In this document: one piece after another, positions 17,201-27,316 of the stretch | How positions within the stretch are numbered: position 1 is the stretch's first letter | Layout: every line of letters begins with the position of its first letter | Notes under the pieces: model-generated | Databases searched by the model: none | What the model was told of the DNA's origin: nothing | The model's input: the letters and a program-made list of their open reading frames with translations, nothing else | Position numbers and translations under genes: made by a program | Assembly (NCBI GenBank): GCA_041739675.1 | Contig: JBGSNL010000083.1 | Location: 1-37,212, forward strand | From: a bacterium | GTDB lineage: Bacteria; UBA10199; 2-02-FULL-44-16; DYJF01 | Direction: 5' to 3' | Length of the DNA: 37,212 bases

Positions 17201-20200
17201 ATGGCTCCTCCAATTTCGCGTGCGTCGTCGTCGATCCGTCCCTCCATATCTTTTGATATATCTCCTACATTTGAAAAACCCTTGGTCATATCCGTCGATC
17301 GTCCGACCTTCGGTCTTCATCTGCCGGTATTTGCAAATCATCCATTTCTGGTTCAGCCGCCGATGATTCAGAATAACTCAATTCTGGTCGACTCAAGGGT
17401 GATGGCGGCGAGGGCCGAGTTCCATCAGGCCGTTTCCATCATGGGCGAGAATCCGGAAGAGGCCGGGCGGCTCTTCACAATAGTCAGAGACGACAGACGC
17501 GAAGTGGCAAGGAGGCTGCTGGGCTCGCTTGACCAGCTCTACGTCGAGTCGACATTCGGTTCGGCTCTTCTGGGCAAGGTGACTGAAGTCACCTTCGAGG
17601 ATCTGAGAAGGGTAAGAAAGAGAGCCAAGGCGATCGGCGACACTGCAACCATGGCAAGAGAGATGCTTGTGAGGGCGGTGGCCCATTCCCGGATCAACGA
17701 CGACGAAGCGGCCATGGACGTCCTCGATAGGCTGCTCGAAACGGCCGAAGCGAAGAACCCTCTTTTGCGCATCAACGTGCTCATGATGAGGGCCAACCTT
17801 CTCATGAACCATGCCGACAGGCACACCGGCATTCCCCGCTCGTTCTCTCTCAACACGCTCGCCGATATGATGAAGAATGATTTCAGCGCATCGGTAAAGC
17901 AGCTGCCGAACGACGCCGGCCAGAACGCCGATCTGCTGGCTTCGCTGGCGAAGTTCTATGTTTTCACGGCCGAGTACATGCTTGAGCAGCGCCGTCCTCT
18001 GGACGCCAAAGAGATAATAAATGTAGCAAGGCGCATCTTCCCCGACGACGCTACGATTGAGAACCTGTTCGCAGTGAATGGCGCCTCCGAAGATGGTCCT
18101 TCAAGTGTAGCCGTTTCACCGCTGCACCACTTGCTCACGGATCAGCCGACGGCGTTCGATCACATGATAGCGGGTGCCACGCAGCTCTTTCGGAACGCGG
18201 AATTTGAAAACAACAAAACATTCTGGTCATATGCCGTGAAAGGCTCTTTGGCGGGCGCAGCACTCATGGCCGGCGGGGCAATCCTCACCGATACCGATCC
18301 TTCGATGATGCTGACCATGATGGGCAGCGCCGTGGGAGCGACCGGCGCCGTGACGGTTGGAAAATTCAGACGCGGGATAATCGCACCGGAAACGGGGCAG
18401 GCTTTTATTACCGGCTACAATACCGATTCATCTTCACGCGCCTTCTTCAAAGAGGCGGCGAAGCTTTTGGCGACATACGCTGTCTTCGGTGGAATTGTGC
18501 CGGGTGCATCGGCCCTGGATAGTGGCCTGATGGCGACCGATAGCGGTCAGTTCCATGGTCTGGGAAGTCTCTTTTCATATGTTTTCAACTCTGCGGCCTT
18601 CAGAACTGAAGAATTCTTTCACGCGGTCTCCCAATCCGGGCTGGTCGCTGGCGCGGGCGCTTTTTGGAACCACTGGGTTGACACCAGCCTTTTTGCCAGA
18701 ACCCTCAATAACGGGTTCACTCTTCCATTTGACAACACGTTCGAGCGACTATTCAGAAAATCTAAATGGGACATGCTGCCGGAATGGATTCGAACAGTTT
18801 CTTTCGACAGCCCCATGGAGACAGCTCGATCGCTGGGCGTAATGATGCTGTATGGCTATATGGGGATCTCGGGGCTTTTTGCTTTTGCTTCAATGAACCC
18901 GGTGGCGGCAGATTATCTGAAAAAAAGAGTTCCGGACAAGGCCGTGCCTTGGCTGTTTCTTGGCGCTTTTTTGGCAACCGATGCGGCGATGATAGCTTCG
19001 GGAATCGAACCTGCGAGCGCTCCTATACTTGCGCTATGGAACTATGCCATACAGCATCGTCACTGGGTTCAGGGTGGCGGGGAATATAACATCTTTAGAA
19101 AGAGCGTGCGTGAGGACTTGCCTTGGATGACCTATGCTACGGCGGGCGCGGTACAGCTTCTCTACATAGCCCCCGGCAATGCGATCGCGGCGGACATCCC
19201 CAAGATTGCTCAGGCGGGCGGCATCGGGCCGTTTTTATGGAATATAGTTGAAGTGAACGCCGGAATGGTTGGTTTTTTGGCGTCACTGGGTGTTCTCCAC
19301 GCTATCTTCACCGGTCTTAACATAAAGCAGACATTGAAGGCCAAATATGCCAAAGCATGGACCTATGAAGTTCCGGCCAACGCGGTCAAGCTGATTGCAG
19401 GCTGGAATTCACTTTTGGGCAACATTATTGGGCCGTTTATAAAAGAGGTGGGATTCGGGGCGCCTGTCACGAACGTATTCCGTGAAGCCGGTAATTCGCG
19501 GATTCAGCGCGCAATGGTTATGAAAATCATAGCCGCTCAGAGCGCTCAAATGCGTGCCGAAGCTTTGAACGGAGAACTGGTCCAAGGCGAGGTTGCTCTC
19601 GATTCGCCTATGCTGGAGCTGCAGCAACAGATGGTAGACAGCGCCAACAGCCTCCACGATGCAGGTGTGCAGGCGGCGTTGAGGGGTGAGGCGTACGGTT
19701 ACCTGAACGTTGCACTCACGGGACATCCCATTTCGGAGCAGCTGCTCGTTCTCCCCGACATATATTTCATGGAGGACGACAGAAGGCTGCTCTTAAGACC
19801 GGACATCAGAAAAGACAGATATAATGATATCATTTACAGGGCTTTGACCGATCCCGCGACCCAGGCTTCGACCATTGAGGAATATTTCAGAAAACTAGTT
19901 GTCATCGCAGCTGATGTGTCGCCGGAACAAAGGCATATCCGTTACAATCTCATCATCTCGACGATGAGGGCGATGGCAGGCAAGGCGCACGGGGCAGAAA
20001 TCGAGCAATTTTTCACGGAGGGCCAGGGCAGATCGCTGATCGATGCGTACAATCTGCAGGATATTTTCGGCGAGGTGACGGCAATCCCGCGCGACGAAGG
20101 AGCAAACGCATGGAGGGGGCTGGCTTTTAGAAGACCAGCCAAATGGATCGAGAAACACGTTCTAAGACCGGGCGTGACACCGGAAGATAGAAAGGAAAAG

Positions 20201-21865
20201 AAGGTCGACAGGAATCCCACTGAAAGATTCTACGATGCGGCAACCGTAGCCGGAAGGCGCTATGATTTTCCGGCTCCGTTTACGGGACGGAACGCGGTGC
20301 AAAACCTTTCGCCTTTCACATCACTTCTGCTTTCGGCTTCGCAGACGGACGTCGCTTTCCAGACGAGGGCCGACCCCACATTCTTCGCGGGCACGATCTA
20401 CGGTTATTTTATGACGCCTGTCGATAAGGCGCAGATGACCAGAGACGATTATGTGAAGAAGATTATCGAACCGCTCCTCGAGCTTGTCAGAGAGAATACG
20501 AGCGGAAACAGGTTGGGAGACAACAGGCGTGATGTCAGACACAATCTTCTTGTGACCGTCTGGCTCGCTTCACAGGGTCCCTACGGTGACATCTTGAGAA
20601 AATGGATGGACCTTAACAAGCACATATATCAGGCTAACGGGATATACGGCATGCTGAAAGTCGATGGCGTCCATTTGCGCCTGCCCGGCAGCTTGAGTGA
20701 AAGCAGAGTGATAAAAGATCTAGTAAAGCGTTTCCTCTGGAATTCAGACAATTCCGCCGACGGCAAAATTGTCTATCCCGTCCAGCACGGCTTCGAAGTA
20801 GCGAGCAGCAGCAGAGCGCATTCCGCCTCATCTCCTGACGTGTCTGCTGCGCAGACGGCTGGAGCTCAACCAAGATCTCTTGCACAAACCCCGGTGCGTG
20901 GCGCGCCGGCGTGCAATTTCTTGGATATCAACGAGATCTCGACGGATACGGAGAGACAGCGTTTGATAGACACGACCGGCAAATTGCTGATGGAAGACAT
21001 ATTCAGAGACGGCAAATTTTACAGGGAATACACTCCTGAAAACCTCAAGTGGCTGCCCGGCGAAGCCGGTCAGATTGGCCGTCCTATCATGCTTGATATC
21101 GAAAAGACCGGAAGGCTCACGGAACCTCAGAGATCCTTGCTCAGCAGACTTATTCTGGCGATGTCGCTGAACGATATGGTCGATGTATCGAGAATCCTTA
21201 CCGCTATGACCGGCGGCGCCTTGACCGAGGAAGGTGGCAATCTTACTTCTCAGGTCGCGCCCGTAATGGAAGGTAACGACAGGATGTCGGCCAAGCTGAT
21301 GTCGCTCTTCACACTTGTCGCCGGCCGCACCTCCAACTTTGAGCCCAGTTATTTCCAGGCCATCAATACGATAATCTCGTGGGAAAAGATGCTCTCAGAT
21401 ATCGACCCCGACGTCGATTTTTCAACTTACGCAGTTCCCTTCCTCAGAGGTGAAGTGATTGGAAACGCGGGGCAGGGAGGAGCATCTCCCGCCGCTACAC
21501 CGCAGGCTTCTCCCGCGCCGCAAACTCCGCCCGCGCCAGCCGCACCAGTTGCGCCTCGGACAGGGGCTCCGGCGATGTCATCCGTCGAAGAGACCGTCAC
21601 GGAAAGCACGCCGATGCCTTCGGGAGCCGACGTTGCGATGACCTCCACCGTCACGGGATTGGTGGAAGTGGAATATGAGACGAGCGGCGGGGCATATGAA
21701 GGTTTTGAAGTCGATCTGCCGTCTGAAACGAGGCAGGCACACTCACAGGTGAACGGCGCCCGGATGCTCTATCAGCGCGGATCTGCGGCAAGGCAGATGA
21801 GGCCCGCGGCCCGCCCGGCCATGTTCGCACCGGCCGTCACGGCGGTGCGTGTGGCAGTGCCGTAA
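17201..21865 (+). CDS. Giant hypothetical protein (1,554 aa) with multi-TM centre and degenerate UbiB/ABC1-like C-terminal domain
   Basis: RBS AAGGAG; helical N-region, hydrophobic middle, DIFRDGKFYREYTPEN...IMLDIEKTGRL...DIDPDVDF segment, Pro/Ala tail. Confidence 0.85.
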   Translation: MAPPISRASSSIRPSISFDISPTFEKPLVISVDRPTFGLHLPVFANHPFLVQPPMIQNNSILVDSRVMAARAEFHQAVSIMGENPEEAGRLFTIVRDDRREVARRLLGSLDQLYVESTFGSALLGKVTEVTFEDLRRVRKRAKAIGDTATMAREMLVRAVAHSRINDDEAAMDVLDRLLETAEAKNPLLRINVLMMRANLLMNHADRHTGIPRSFSLNTLADMMKNDFSASVKQLPNDAGQNADLLASLAKFYVFTAEYMLEQRRPLDAKEIINVARRIFPDDATIENLFAVNGASEDGPSSVAVSPLHHLLTDQPTAFDHMIAGATQLFRNAEFENNKTFWSYAVKGSLAGAALMAGGAILTDTDPSMMLTMMGSAVGATGAVTVGKFRRGIIAPETGQAFITGYNTDSSSRAFFKEAAKLLATYAVFGGIVPGASALDSGLMATDSGQFHGLGSLFSYVFNSAAFRTEEFFHAVSQSGLVAGAGAFWNHWVDTSLFARTLNNGFTLPFDNTFERLFRKSKWDMLPEWIRTVSFDSPMETARSLGVMMLYGYMGISGLFAFASMNPVAADYLKKRVPDKAVPWLFLGAFLATDAAMIASGIEPASAPILALWNYAIQHRHWVQGGGEYNIFRKSVREDLPWMTYATAGAVQLLYIAPGNAIAADIPKIAQAGGIGPFLWNIVEVNAGMVGFLASLGVLHAIFTGLNIKQTLKAKYAKAWTYEVPANAVKLIAGWNSLLGNIIGPFIKEVGFGAPVTNVFREAGNSRIQRAMVMKIIAAQSAQMRAEALNGELVQGEVALDSPMLELQQQMVDSANSLHDAGVQAALRGEAYGYLNVALTGHPISEQLLVLPDIYFMEDDRRLLLRPDIRKDRYNDIIYRALTDPATQASTIEEYFRKLVVIAADVSPEQRHIRYNLIISTMRAMAGKAHGAEIEQFFTEGQGRSLIDAYNLQDIFGEVTAIPRDEGANAWRGLAFRRPAKWIEKHVLRPGVTPEDRKEKKVDRNPTERFYDAATVAGRRYDFPAPFTGRNAVQNLSPFTSLLLSASQTDVAFQTRADPTFFAGTIYGYFMTPVDKAQMTRDDYVKKIIEPLLELVRENTSGNRLGDNRRDVRHNLLVTVWLASQGPYGDILRKWMDLNKHIYQANGIYGMLKVDGVHLRLPGSLSESRVIKDLVKRFLWNSDNSADGKIVYPVQHGFEVASSSRAHSASSPDVSAAQTAGAQPRSLAQTPVRGAPACNFLDINEISTDTERQRLIDTTGKLLMEDIFRDGKFYREYTPENLKWLPGEAGQIGRPIMLDIEKTGRLTEPQRSLLSRLILAMSLNDMVDVSRILTAMTGGALTEEGGNLTSQVAPVMEGNDRMSAKLMSLFTLVAGRTSNFEPSYFQAINTIISWEKMLSDIDPDVDFSTYAVPFLRGEVIGNAGQGGASPAATPQASPAPQTPPAPAAPVAPRTGAPAMSSVEETVTESTPMPSGADVAMTSTVTGLVEVEYETSGGAYEGFEVDLPSETRQAHSQVNGARMLYQRGSAARQMRPAARPAMFAPAVTAVRVAVP

Positions 21866-21950
21866 TCCTGAGCCATTTCAGATAATTGCCGCTTTACAAG
21901 GGTAATCCTTTTCCATATAAAGTGAAAACTTTGAATGGAGGGATGGCCCA

Positions 21951-23294
21951 ATGGTCACAAAAATCATCAAATTTTTCACGACCGGTATCGACAAGGCGCC
22001 AATCGAAGACGCCAAGGTCGTCAAAAAGATGTATGAGAGACGCCGCTGGTCGGTCTTCCTTTCAATCACACTTGGTTACGGCCTGTTCTACGTCTGCCGT
22101 CTGAGCTTATCGATCGCGAAAAAGCCCATGATGGAAGCGGGCATCCTTGATGCGCAGCAGTTCGGTATCATGGGCTCCGCGCTGTTTTTCACCTACGCGT
22201 TCGGAAAATTTTTCAACGGCTTCCTTGCAGACAGGACGAACGTGAAGCGCTTCATGGCGCTGGGCCTACTTATTTCGGCCATCACGAACCTTCTTCTCGG
22301 CTTCACGCATTTGTTCATCATGTTTGTCATCCTCTGGGGGATCAACGGCTGGTTCCAGTCGATGGGCGCGGCGCCTAGCGTCGTGTCGCTCGCGCAATGG
22401 TTTTCCGACAAGGAACGGGGAACGAGATACGGTATCTGGAGCGCCTCGCATAACATCGGCGGCGCCATCACGTACGTTTTGACGTCCGTCGTCGTCTCCG
22501 CATACGGATGGCGCTACGGGTTCATAGCGCCCGGCCTTCTTTGCGTGGTTGGTGCCATCGCCTTCTACTTTTTCATGTTCGACAGGCCGCAGAGCTACGG
22601 TTTACCCCTCATTGCAGATTATAAAAAAGATCACGGACTCAAAACGCCCAGAAAAGAATCCACTTGGGAGATCCAAAAAGAGGTTCTGAAAAGCCCCGCG
22701 GTCTGGATGCTGGGCCTTGCGAGCGCACTTTTCTACGTCGTCCGCTACGCGATCGAAAGCTGGGGGATCGTCTATCTGGGGTATGAGAAGGGTTACTCGA
22801 CAATTCAGGCGGGCTCAATAATATCCAGCAGTCCCATAATCGGAATCCTGGGAACGGTCTCCTGCGGTTACATAACCGACCGCTTCTTCGGCGGCCGCCG
22901 CAATTTTGTCACGCTGATTTTGGGCGTGCTCTTTTCGATCTGCCTCGTGGCGTTCGTACTCATTCCGCCGGGGCGCCCGCTTCTGCACGTGATATGCATG
23001 GGAACCTACGGTTTCTGCCTGGGAGCTTTGCTCACGTTTTTGGGCGGCCTGATGGCGGTCGATATTTGCTCGAAGCGCGCGGCCGGCGCGGCAATGGGCG
23101 TCATCGGTCTTTTCAGCTATCTGGCTGCCGCGGCGCAGGATCTTGTAAGCGGCTATCTGATCGAATCGCACAAGATCGTCGTCGAAGGTTCGACAATTTA
23201 CAACTTCAAACCCGCGATCATATTCTGGATCACCGCTTCGGTCCTTTCGTTCATATTCGCGGCAACGGTCTGGAACGTGAAGCATAAGGATTGA
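21951..23294 (+). CDS. MFS organophosphate:Pi antiporter family (GlpT/UhpC/PgtP-like)
   Basis: GYGLFYVCR, NGWFQSMG, WFSDKERG..YGIWSASHNIGG. Confidence 0.9.
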   Translation: MVTKIIKFFTTGIDKAPIEDAKVVKKMYERRRWSVFLSITLGYGLFYVCRLSLSIAKKPMMEAGILDAQQFGIMGSALFFTYAFGKFFNGFLADRTNVKRFMALGLLISAITNLLLGFTHLFIMFVILWGINGWFQSMGAAPSVVSLAQWFSDKERGTRYGIWSASHNIGGAITYVLTSVVVSAYGWRYGFIAPGLLCVVGAIAFYFFMFDRPQSYGLPLIADYKKDHGLKTPRKESTWEIQKEVLKSPAVWMLGLASALFYVVRYAIESWGIVYLGYEKGYSTIQAGSIISSSPIIGILGTVSCGYITDRFFGGRRNFVTLILGVLFSICLVAFVLIPPGRPLLHVICMGTYGFCLGALLTFLGGLMAVDICSKRAAGAAMGVIGLFSYLAAAAQDLVSGYLIESHKIVVEGSTIYNFKPAIIFWITASVLSFIFAATVWNVKHKD

Positions 23295-24628
23295 TGAGCA
23301 GGGACCGCAAATCTTTTTTGGGATCGGAGTGGGTGTGCTCCTGCGGTGCAAGGCACAGAGTCCCGGTCCGCACCGTCGTGATAGAGAAGGGTGCCCTCTC
23401 ACGCCTGCCGGATGTTATTAAGGCTGAATTCAAGGGCGGCACGATCGCCATCGTATCGGATTTCATCACACAAAAAGTTGCCTCAAGGAGAGTTGCCGAA
23501 ATTCTTGCGGGAAACGGTTTTGACGTCCGCGAACTTGTGATTCCGAACGAAAAACCCGTGGCCGACGACAAGACGGCCGAATGGGTTCTGTCGCAGATTA
23601 AAGACGAATCACTTCTTATCTCCTGCGGGGCAGGAACGGTCACCGATCTCACAAAAAATGCGGCATTCAAAAAAGGAAAACCCTTCATTGCGGTGGCGAC
23701 GGCGCCGTCCATGAACGGCTATTCATCCGGCATTGTGGCGCTCACTGAAAACGGGCTCAAGAGGACCGCGGCTGCGGATCCTGCTGCGGCCGTGATCTGC
23801 GATCTCGATATTCTTTGCGGCGCGCCGGTTGAAATGATTCAGGCGGGGCTTGGCGACGTCATCTCGAAGCCTGTTTCGATGGCGGACTGGAAGCTTGAAT
23901 CGATCGTGAAGGGGATACCTTTTTGTCCTCTGCCGTTCGAACTCATCGCCGATCTTGAACCGATATATTCAAAAAATTCAAAGCTTCTTCGTGAGCGCGA
24001 TTCCAAAACGATTGCAGCGCTCTCTGAAGCTCTCGTCTATTCGGGGATATCGATGGTCATTGCGGGTTCGTCCGCGCCCGCATCCGGCGGCGAACATCTC
24101 ATCTCCCACACCCTTGACATGCAGTCGCAGATCAAGGGGAAAAATCACGACTTCCACGGTGCGCAGGTGGGCGTGGCCGCGATCATCACGGCAAGGCTCT
24201 ACGAAAAAATTCTGGCGCTAGATCCCGACCGCCTCGACTGGCCCAAAATTTGGGAGCATCACAAAAAAGACCGGACGGCGGAAATAATGGAATACTGGGG
24301 TCCTCTTGCGCCGGCGGTCATTTCCGAATTTGCAAAAAAGAAAATGGACATCAAGGCGAAGGAGGCGGAGCTTGAAAAAATCGTCGACAGCTGGGACGAT
24401 ATCGTCGACGAGCTGAAGCTTTTTTTAAAATCCTCTGCCGAGATAAAACGCATCTTGACAGAGGCGGGCTCAAAAGCGCATTATACGGGCATTGGAGCGT
24501 CGGAGGAGGAGTTCAAAAGGGCGATAATCATGGCACGGACGATGCGCTCCCGCTACACGATACTTGATCTGGCAGACGATCTGAACATTCTGGAGGCGTT
24601 CGCAAATGATAAAAGCAATCTTCTTTGA
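23294..24628 (+). CDS. sn-glycerol-1-phosphate dehydrogenase (AraM/EgsA family)
   Basis: N-terminal CSCGARH, GAGTVTDLTK, TAPSMNGYSS, AGLGDVISK, PASGGEHLISH, HGAQVG, R.RYTIL; ATG overlaps the upstream TGA. Confidence 0.88.
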   Translation: MSRDRKSFLGSEWVCSCGARHRVPVRTVVIEKGALSRLPDVIKAEFKGGTIAIVSDFITQKVASRRVAEILAGNGFDVRELVIPNEKPVADDKTAEWVLSQIKDESLLISCGAGTVTDLTKNAAFKKGKPFIAVATAPSMNGYSSGIVALTENGLKRTAAADPAAAVICDLDILCGAPVEMIQAGLGDVISKPVSMADWKLESIVKGIPFCPLPFELIADLEPIYSKNSKLLRERDSKTIAALSEALVYSGISMVIAGSSAPASGGEHLISHTLDMQSQIKGKNHDFHGAQVGVAAIITARLYEKILALDPDRLDWPKIWEHHKKDRTAEIMEYWGPLAPAVISEFAKKKMDIKAKEAELEKIVDSWDDIVDELKLFLKSSAEIKRILTEAGSKAHYTGIGASEEEFKRAIIMARTMRSRYTILDLADDLNILEAFANDKSNLL

Positions 24629-25286
24629 CGTCGGAAACACTCTCTTTTTCTATAATTACGATTTTTTGCGCGGCCTTTTGGAGGAGCGTTTTGGCGTCGA
24701 CGTGACAACAGAGGAGCTTGAGGCTACCCATCAGATCATCAGAAATTCGATGGGCCCGATGCTCGACCAAGGTCTTTCCCATGAAATGATAGTCTGGGAG
24801 GCCTATAAAAAATGGTTCCGGTCGATCGGGATCGAAGAGGAGAAGATTCCGGCGATCATCGATGCAATCAAGACCCATCCCTTCCGCCATCTTTTCTGGG
24901 CGCGTATGGCCGACGGCGCGCGGGAGCTTTTAACCTGGTTCAAGGACCGCGGCTTCAAGCTGGGTATCATCTCCAACGCGGAAGGCCAGATCAAAAGGCT
25001 CATCACGCATGCTGGGCTCGATGCGTCTTTCGATACGATCCTTGATTCCCATGAGGTGGGTTTTCAAAAGCCCGACGAGAGGATATTTGAGCGCGCTCTC
25101 GCGGATCTGAACGTGAAGCCCTCCGAGGCGGTTCACGTGGGCGATCTTTTCGAGGCGGACGTCGTAGGTGCCCGCGCGGCAGGCATCGTTCCGGTTCTTG
25201 TCGACCGCGAGGGCAGGTACCCCGAAGCAAACTGCCTGACGGTCAAAAACGTCGGCGATTTAAGAAACCTTCCCATTTTTGGCTGA
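24606..25286 (+). CDS. HAD-superfamily hydrolase (subfamily IA)
   Basis: FFDVGNTL, IISN, KPDERIF, HVGDLFEADVVGA. Confidence 0.92.
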   Translation: MIKAIFFDVGNTLFFYNYDFLRGLLEERFGVDVTTEELEATHQIIRNSMGPMLDQGLSHEMIVWEAYKKWFRSIGIEEEKIPAIIDAIKTHPFRHLFWARMADGARELLTWFKDRGFKLGIISNAEGQIKRLITHAGLDASFDTILDSHEVGFQKPDERIFERALADLNVKPSEAVHVGDLFEADVVGARAAGIVPVLVDREGRYPEANCLTVKNVGDLRNLPIFG

Positions 25287-25292
25287 TTATCT

Positions 25293-26312
25293 ATGAATCT
25301 ACCTTCTATCACAGACCTCCCCATAGAGCGTCTTGCCGCCACCGTTACCTCTCTGGGGCTGAAGAAATTCGCCGCCTCGCAGATCGTCACATGGCTCTAC
25401 AAGAACCGTGTGACATCGTTCGACGAGATGACAAATCTTTCAAAAGGGGCAAGGCAGGTGCTGGCAGAAAATTATTCAATCGGGCGCCTGAAGCTTTCAA
25501 AAGTTCAAAAGGCCGAAGACGGCACGAAGAAATTCGCCTTTGTTCTCAAAGACGGCAAAAAGATCGAATCGGTTTTGATACCTTCGCCTGACGGACGTAT
25601 CACGCTTTGTATATCGACAGAGGTCGGTTGCGCAATGGGCTGCACCTTCTGCAGGACGGCGAAGATGGGTTTCATAAGGGACCTGACACAGGGCGAGATA
25701 CTGGGGCAGATAATTGAAGTGGAACGTGCCACGGGTCACGGATCGCGAATCACGAATATCGTTCTGATGGGCATGGGAGAACCTCTCGTCAACTACGATG
25801 CCGTTGTGAGCTCGGTGAAAGTGCTATTGGACGCGCGCGCGTTCAATATGTCAAAACGGCGCATAACCGTTTCCACATCCGGGCTCATCTCCCAGGCGGA
25901 GCGTTTTTCTAAAGAACTGGATGTGAAGCTCGCCATATCGCTCAACGCCACGACCGACGAGGTGAGGGACAAGCTCATGCCAGTGAACAGGCGCTTCACG
26001 ATCGCCGATATAATGAAATTCTGCCGCGAATATTCAAAAAGATCGAAATACCGCCTCACATTCGAATATGTAATGATAGGGGGCTTGAACGATTCGGCAG
26101 GGGACATGAAAAGGCTCGTTAAACTTCTTTCCGGTATCAGGGCCAAGGTGAACCTCATACCTTTCAATCCGTTCCCCGGATGCGACTACAAAATGCCGCA
26201 AGAAACGACTTTAAAGGAGTGGTATAACTACTTGACAAGTAAGAGTATTCAAACGAATATACGCGTCAGCCGCGGGCAGGATATACTGGCCGCCTGCGGA
26301 CAGCTGGCTTAA
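25293..26312 (+). CDS. rlmN: Dual-specificity 23S rRNA/tRNA methyltransferase RlmN
   Basis: GCAMGCTFC radical-SAM motif, MGMGEP, ISLNA, VNLIPFN, AACGQL. Confidence 0.96.
   Translation: MNLPSITDLPIERLAATVTSLGLKKFAASQIVTWLYKNRVTSFDEMTNLSKGARQVLAENYSIGRLKLSKVQKAEDGTKKFAFVLKDGKKIESVLIPSPDGRITLCISTEVGCAMGCTFCRTAKMGFIRDLTQGEILGQIIEVERATGHGSRITNIVLMGMGEPLVNYDAVVSSVKVLLDARAFNMSKRRITVSTSGLISQAERFSKELDVKLAISLNATTDEVRDKLMPVNRRFTIADIMKFCREYSKRSKYRLTFEYVMIGGLNDSAGDMKRLVKLLSGIRAKVNLIPFNPFPGCDYKMPQETTLKEWYNYLTSKSIQTNIRVSRGQDILAACGQLA
25730..25757 (+). repeat. 4 x 7-bp tandem repeat within rlmN
   Basis: CACGGGT CACGGAT CGCGAAT CACGAAT. Confidence 0.55.
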
Positions 26313-26331
26313 CGAAGAAAGGGAGCAAATT

Positions 26332-27195
26332 ATGGCAAAGGGTATCATCGGTATCATCGGCGGGAGCGGTCTTTATGCGATGGAAGGGCTGAAGCTTACG
26401 GAGGAAAGGACGGTCGAAACCCCGTTCGGCAGGCCGAGCGACGCCATCATGATCGGAACGCTTGAAGGCAGGGACGTGGCTTTTCTGCCACGCCACGGCC
26501 GCGGCCACGCCATCCCTCCCCATCAGATCAACTTTCGCGCGAACATCTACGCCCTGAAGTCCATCGGCGTGGAGAGGATCATATCCGTGTCGGCGGTGGG
26601 CTCCATGAAGGAAAATATCCATCCCGGCGACATCGTGATCGTGGACCAGTTCATAGACAGGACGAAGGTTCGCCACCAGACGTTTTTCGAGGACGGTATA
26701 GTCGCCCACGTCTCGTTTGCCGATCCCGTCTGTCCCGCGATGTTTGACCGTATTGCCAAGTCCGCCTCCAACGTCGGCGCCAAGACCCACAAGGGGGGCG
26801 CGTATGTCTGCATCGAGGGGCCGATGTTCTCGTCGCGCGCGGAATCGAACGTTTACCGCTCGTGGGGCGTGGACGTGATAGGCATGACCAATTATCAGGA
26901 GGCAAAGCTCGCGCGCGAGGCCGAGATATGCTATGCTACCGTCGCGCTTTCAACCGATTACGACTGCTGGCACGAGGGCGAAGATGCGGTCGATGCCATG
27001 AAGGTCGTGGAGGTGATGAACAAAAACGTGGCGACGGCGAAGAAAATCATAAAGGACGTGCTGCCGCAGATTCCTTTGGAACGCAATTGCCCGTGCGCAG
27101 AGTCGCTCAAGTTCGCGATTGTCACCGACCGTGCGAAAATCAATGCCGAAACAAAGAGACGTTTGAAGCCGATAATAGGAAAATACGTTGAGTGA
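26332..27195 (+). CDS. mtnP: S-methyl-5'-thioadenosine phosphorylase
   Basis: IGIIGGSGLY, TPFG.PS, FLPRHG, EGPMFSSRAES, GMT, STDYDCWH. Confidence 0.95.
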   Translation: MAKGIIGIIGGSGLYAMEGLKLTEERTVETPFGRPSDAIMIGTLEGRDVAFLPRHGRGHAIPPHQINFRANIYALKSIGVERIISVSAVGSMKENIHPGDIVIVDQFIDRTKVRHQTFFEDGIVAHVSFADPVCPAMFDRIAKSASNVGAKTHKGGAYVCIEGPMFSSRAESNVYRSWGVDVIGMTNYQEAKLAREAEICYATVALSTDYDCWHEGEDAVDAMKVVEVMNKNVATAKKIIKDVLPQIPLERNCPCAESLKFAIVTDRAKINAETKRRLKPIIGKYVE

Positions 27196-27206
27196 CAAAT
27201 GAAAGG

Positions 27207-27309
27207 GAGGGGACACTTCCCCTGTTCACGCCATAAGAGGGGACGCTTCTCCTGTTCACGAGGAGCCCATGTGGAAATGAGAAGCGTCCCCTCCTCGGGA
27301 AGTGTCCCC
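27207..27309. repeat. Nested inverted-repeat (REP/REPIN-like) element
   Basis: GGGGACACTTCCC 27209-21 / GGGAAGTGTCCCC 27297-309; GAGGGGACGCTTCTC 27237-51 / GAGAAGCGTCCCCTC 27279-93. Confidence 0.85.
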
Positions 27310-27316
27310 ACAAGTT

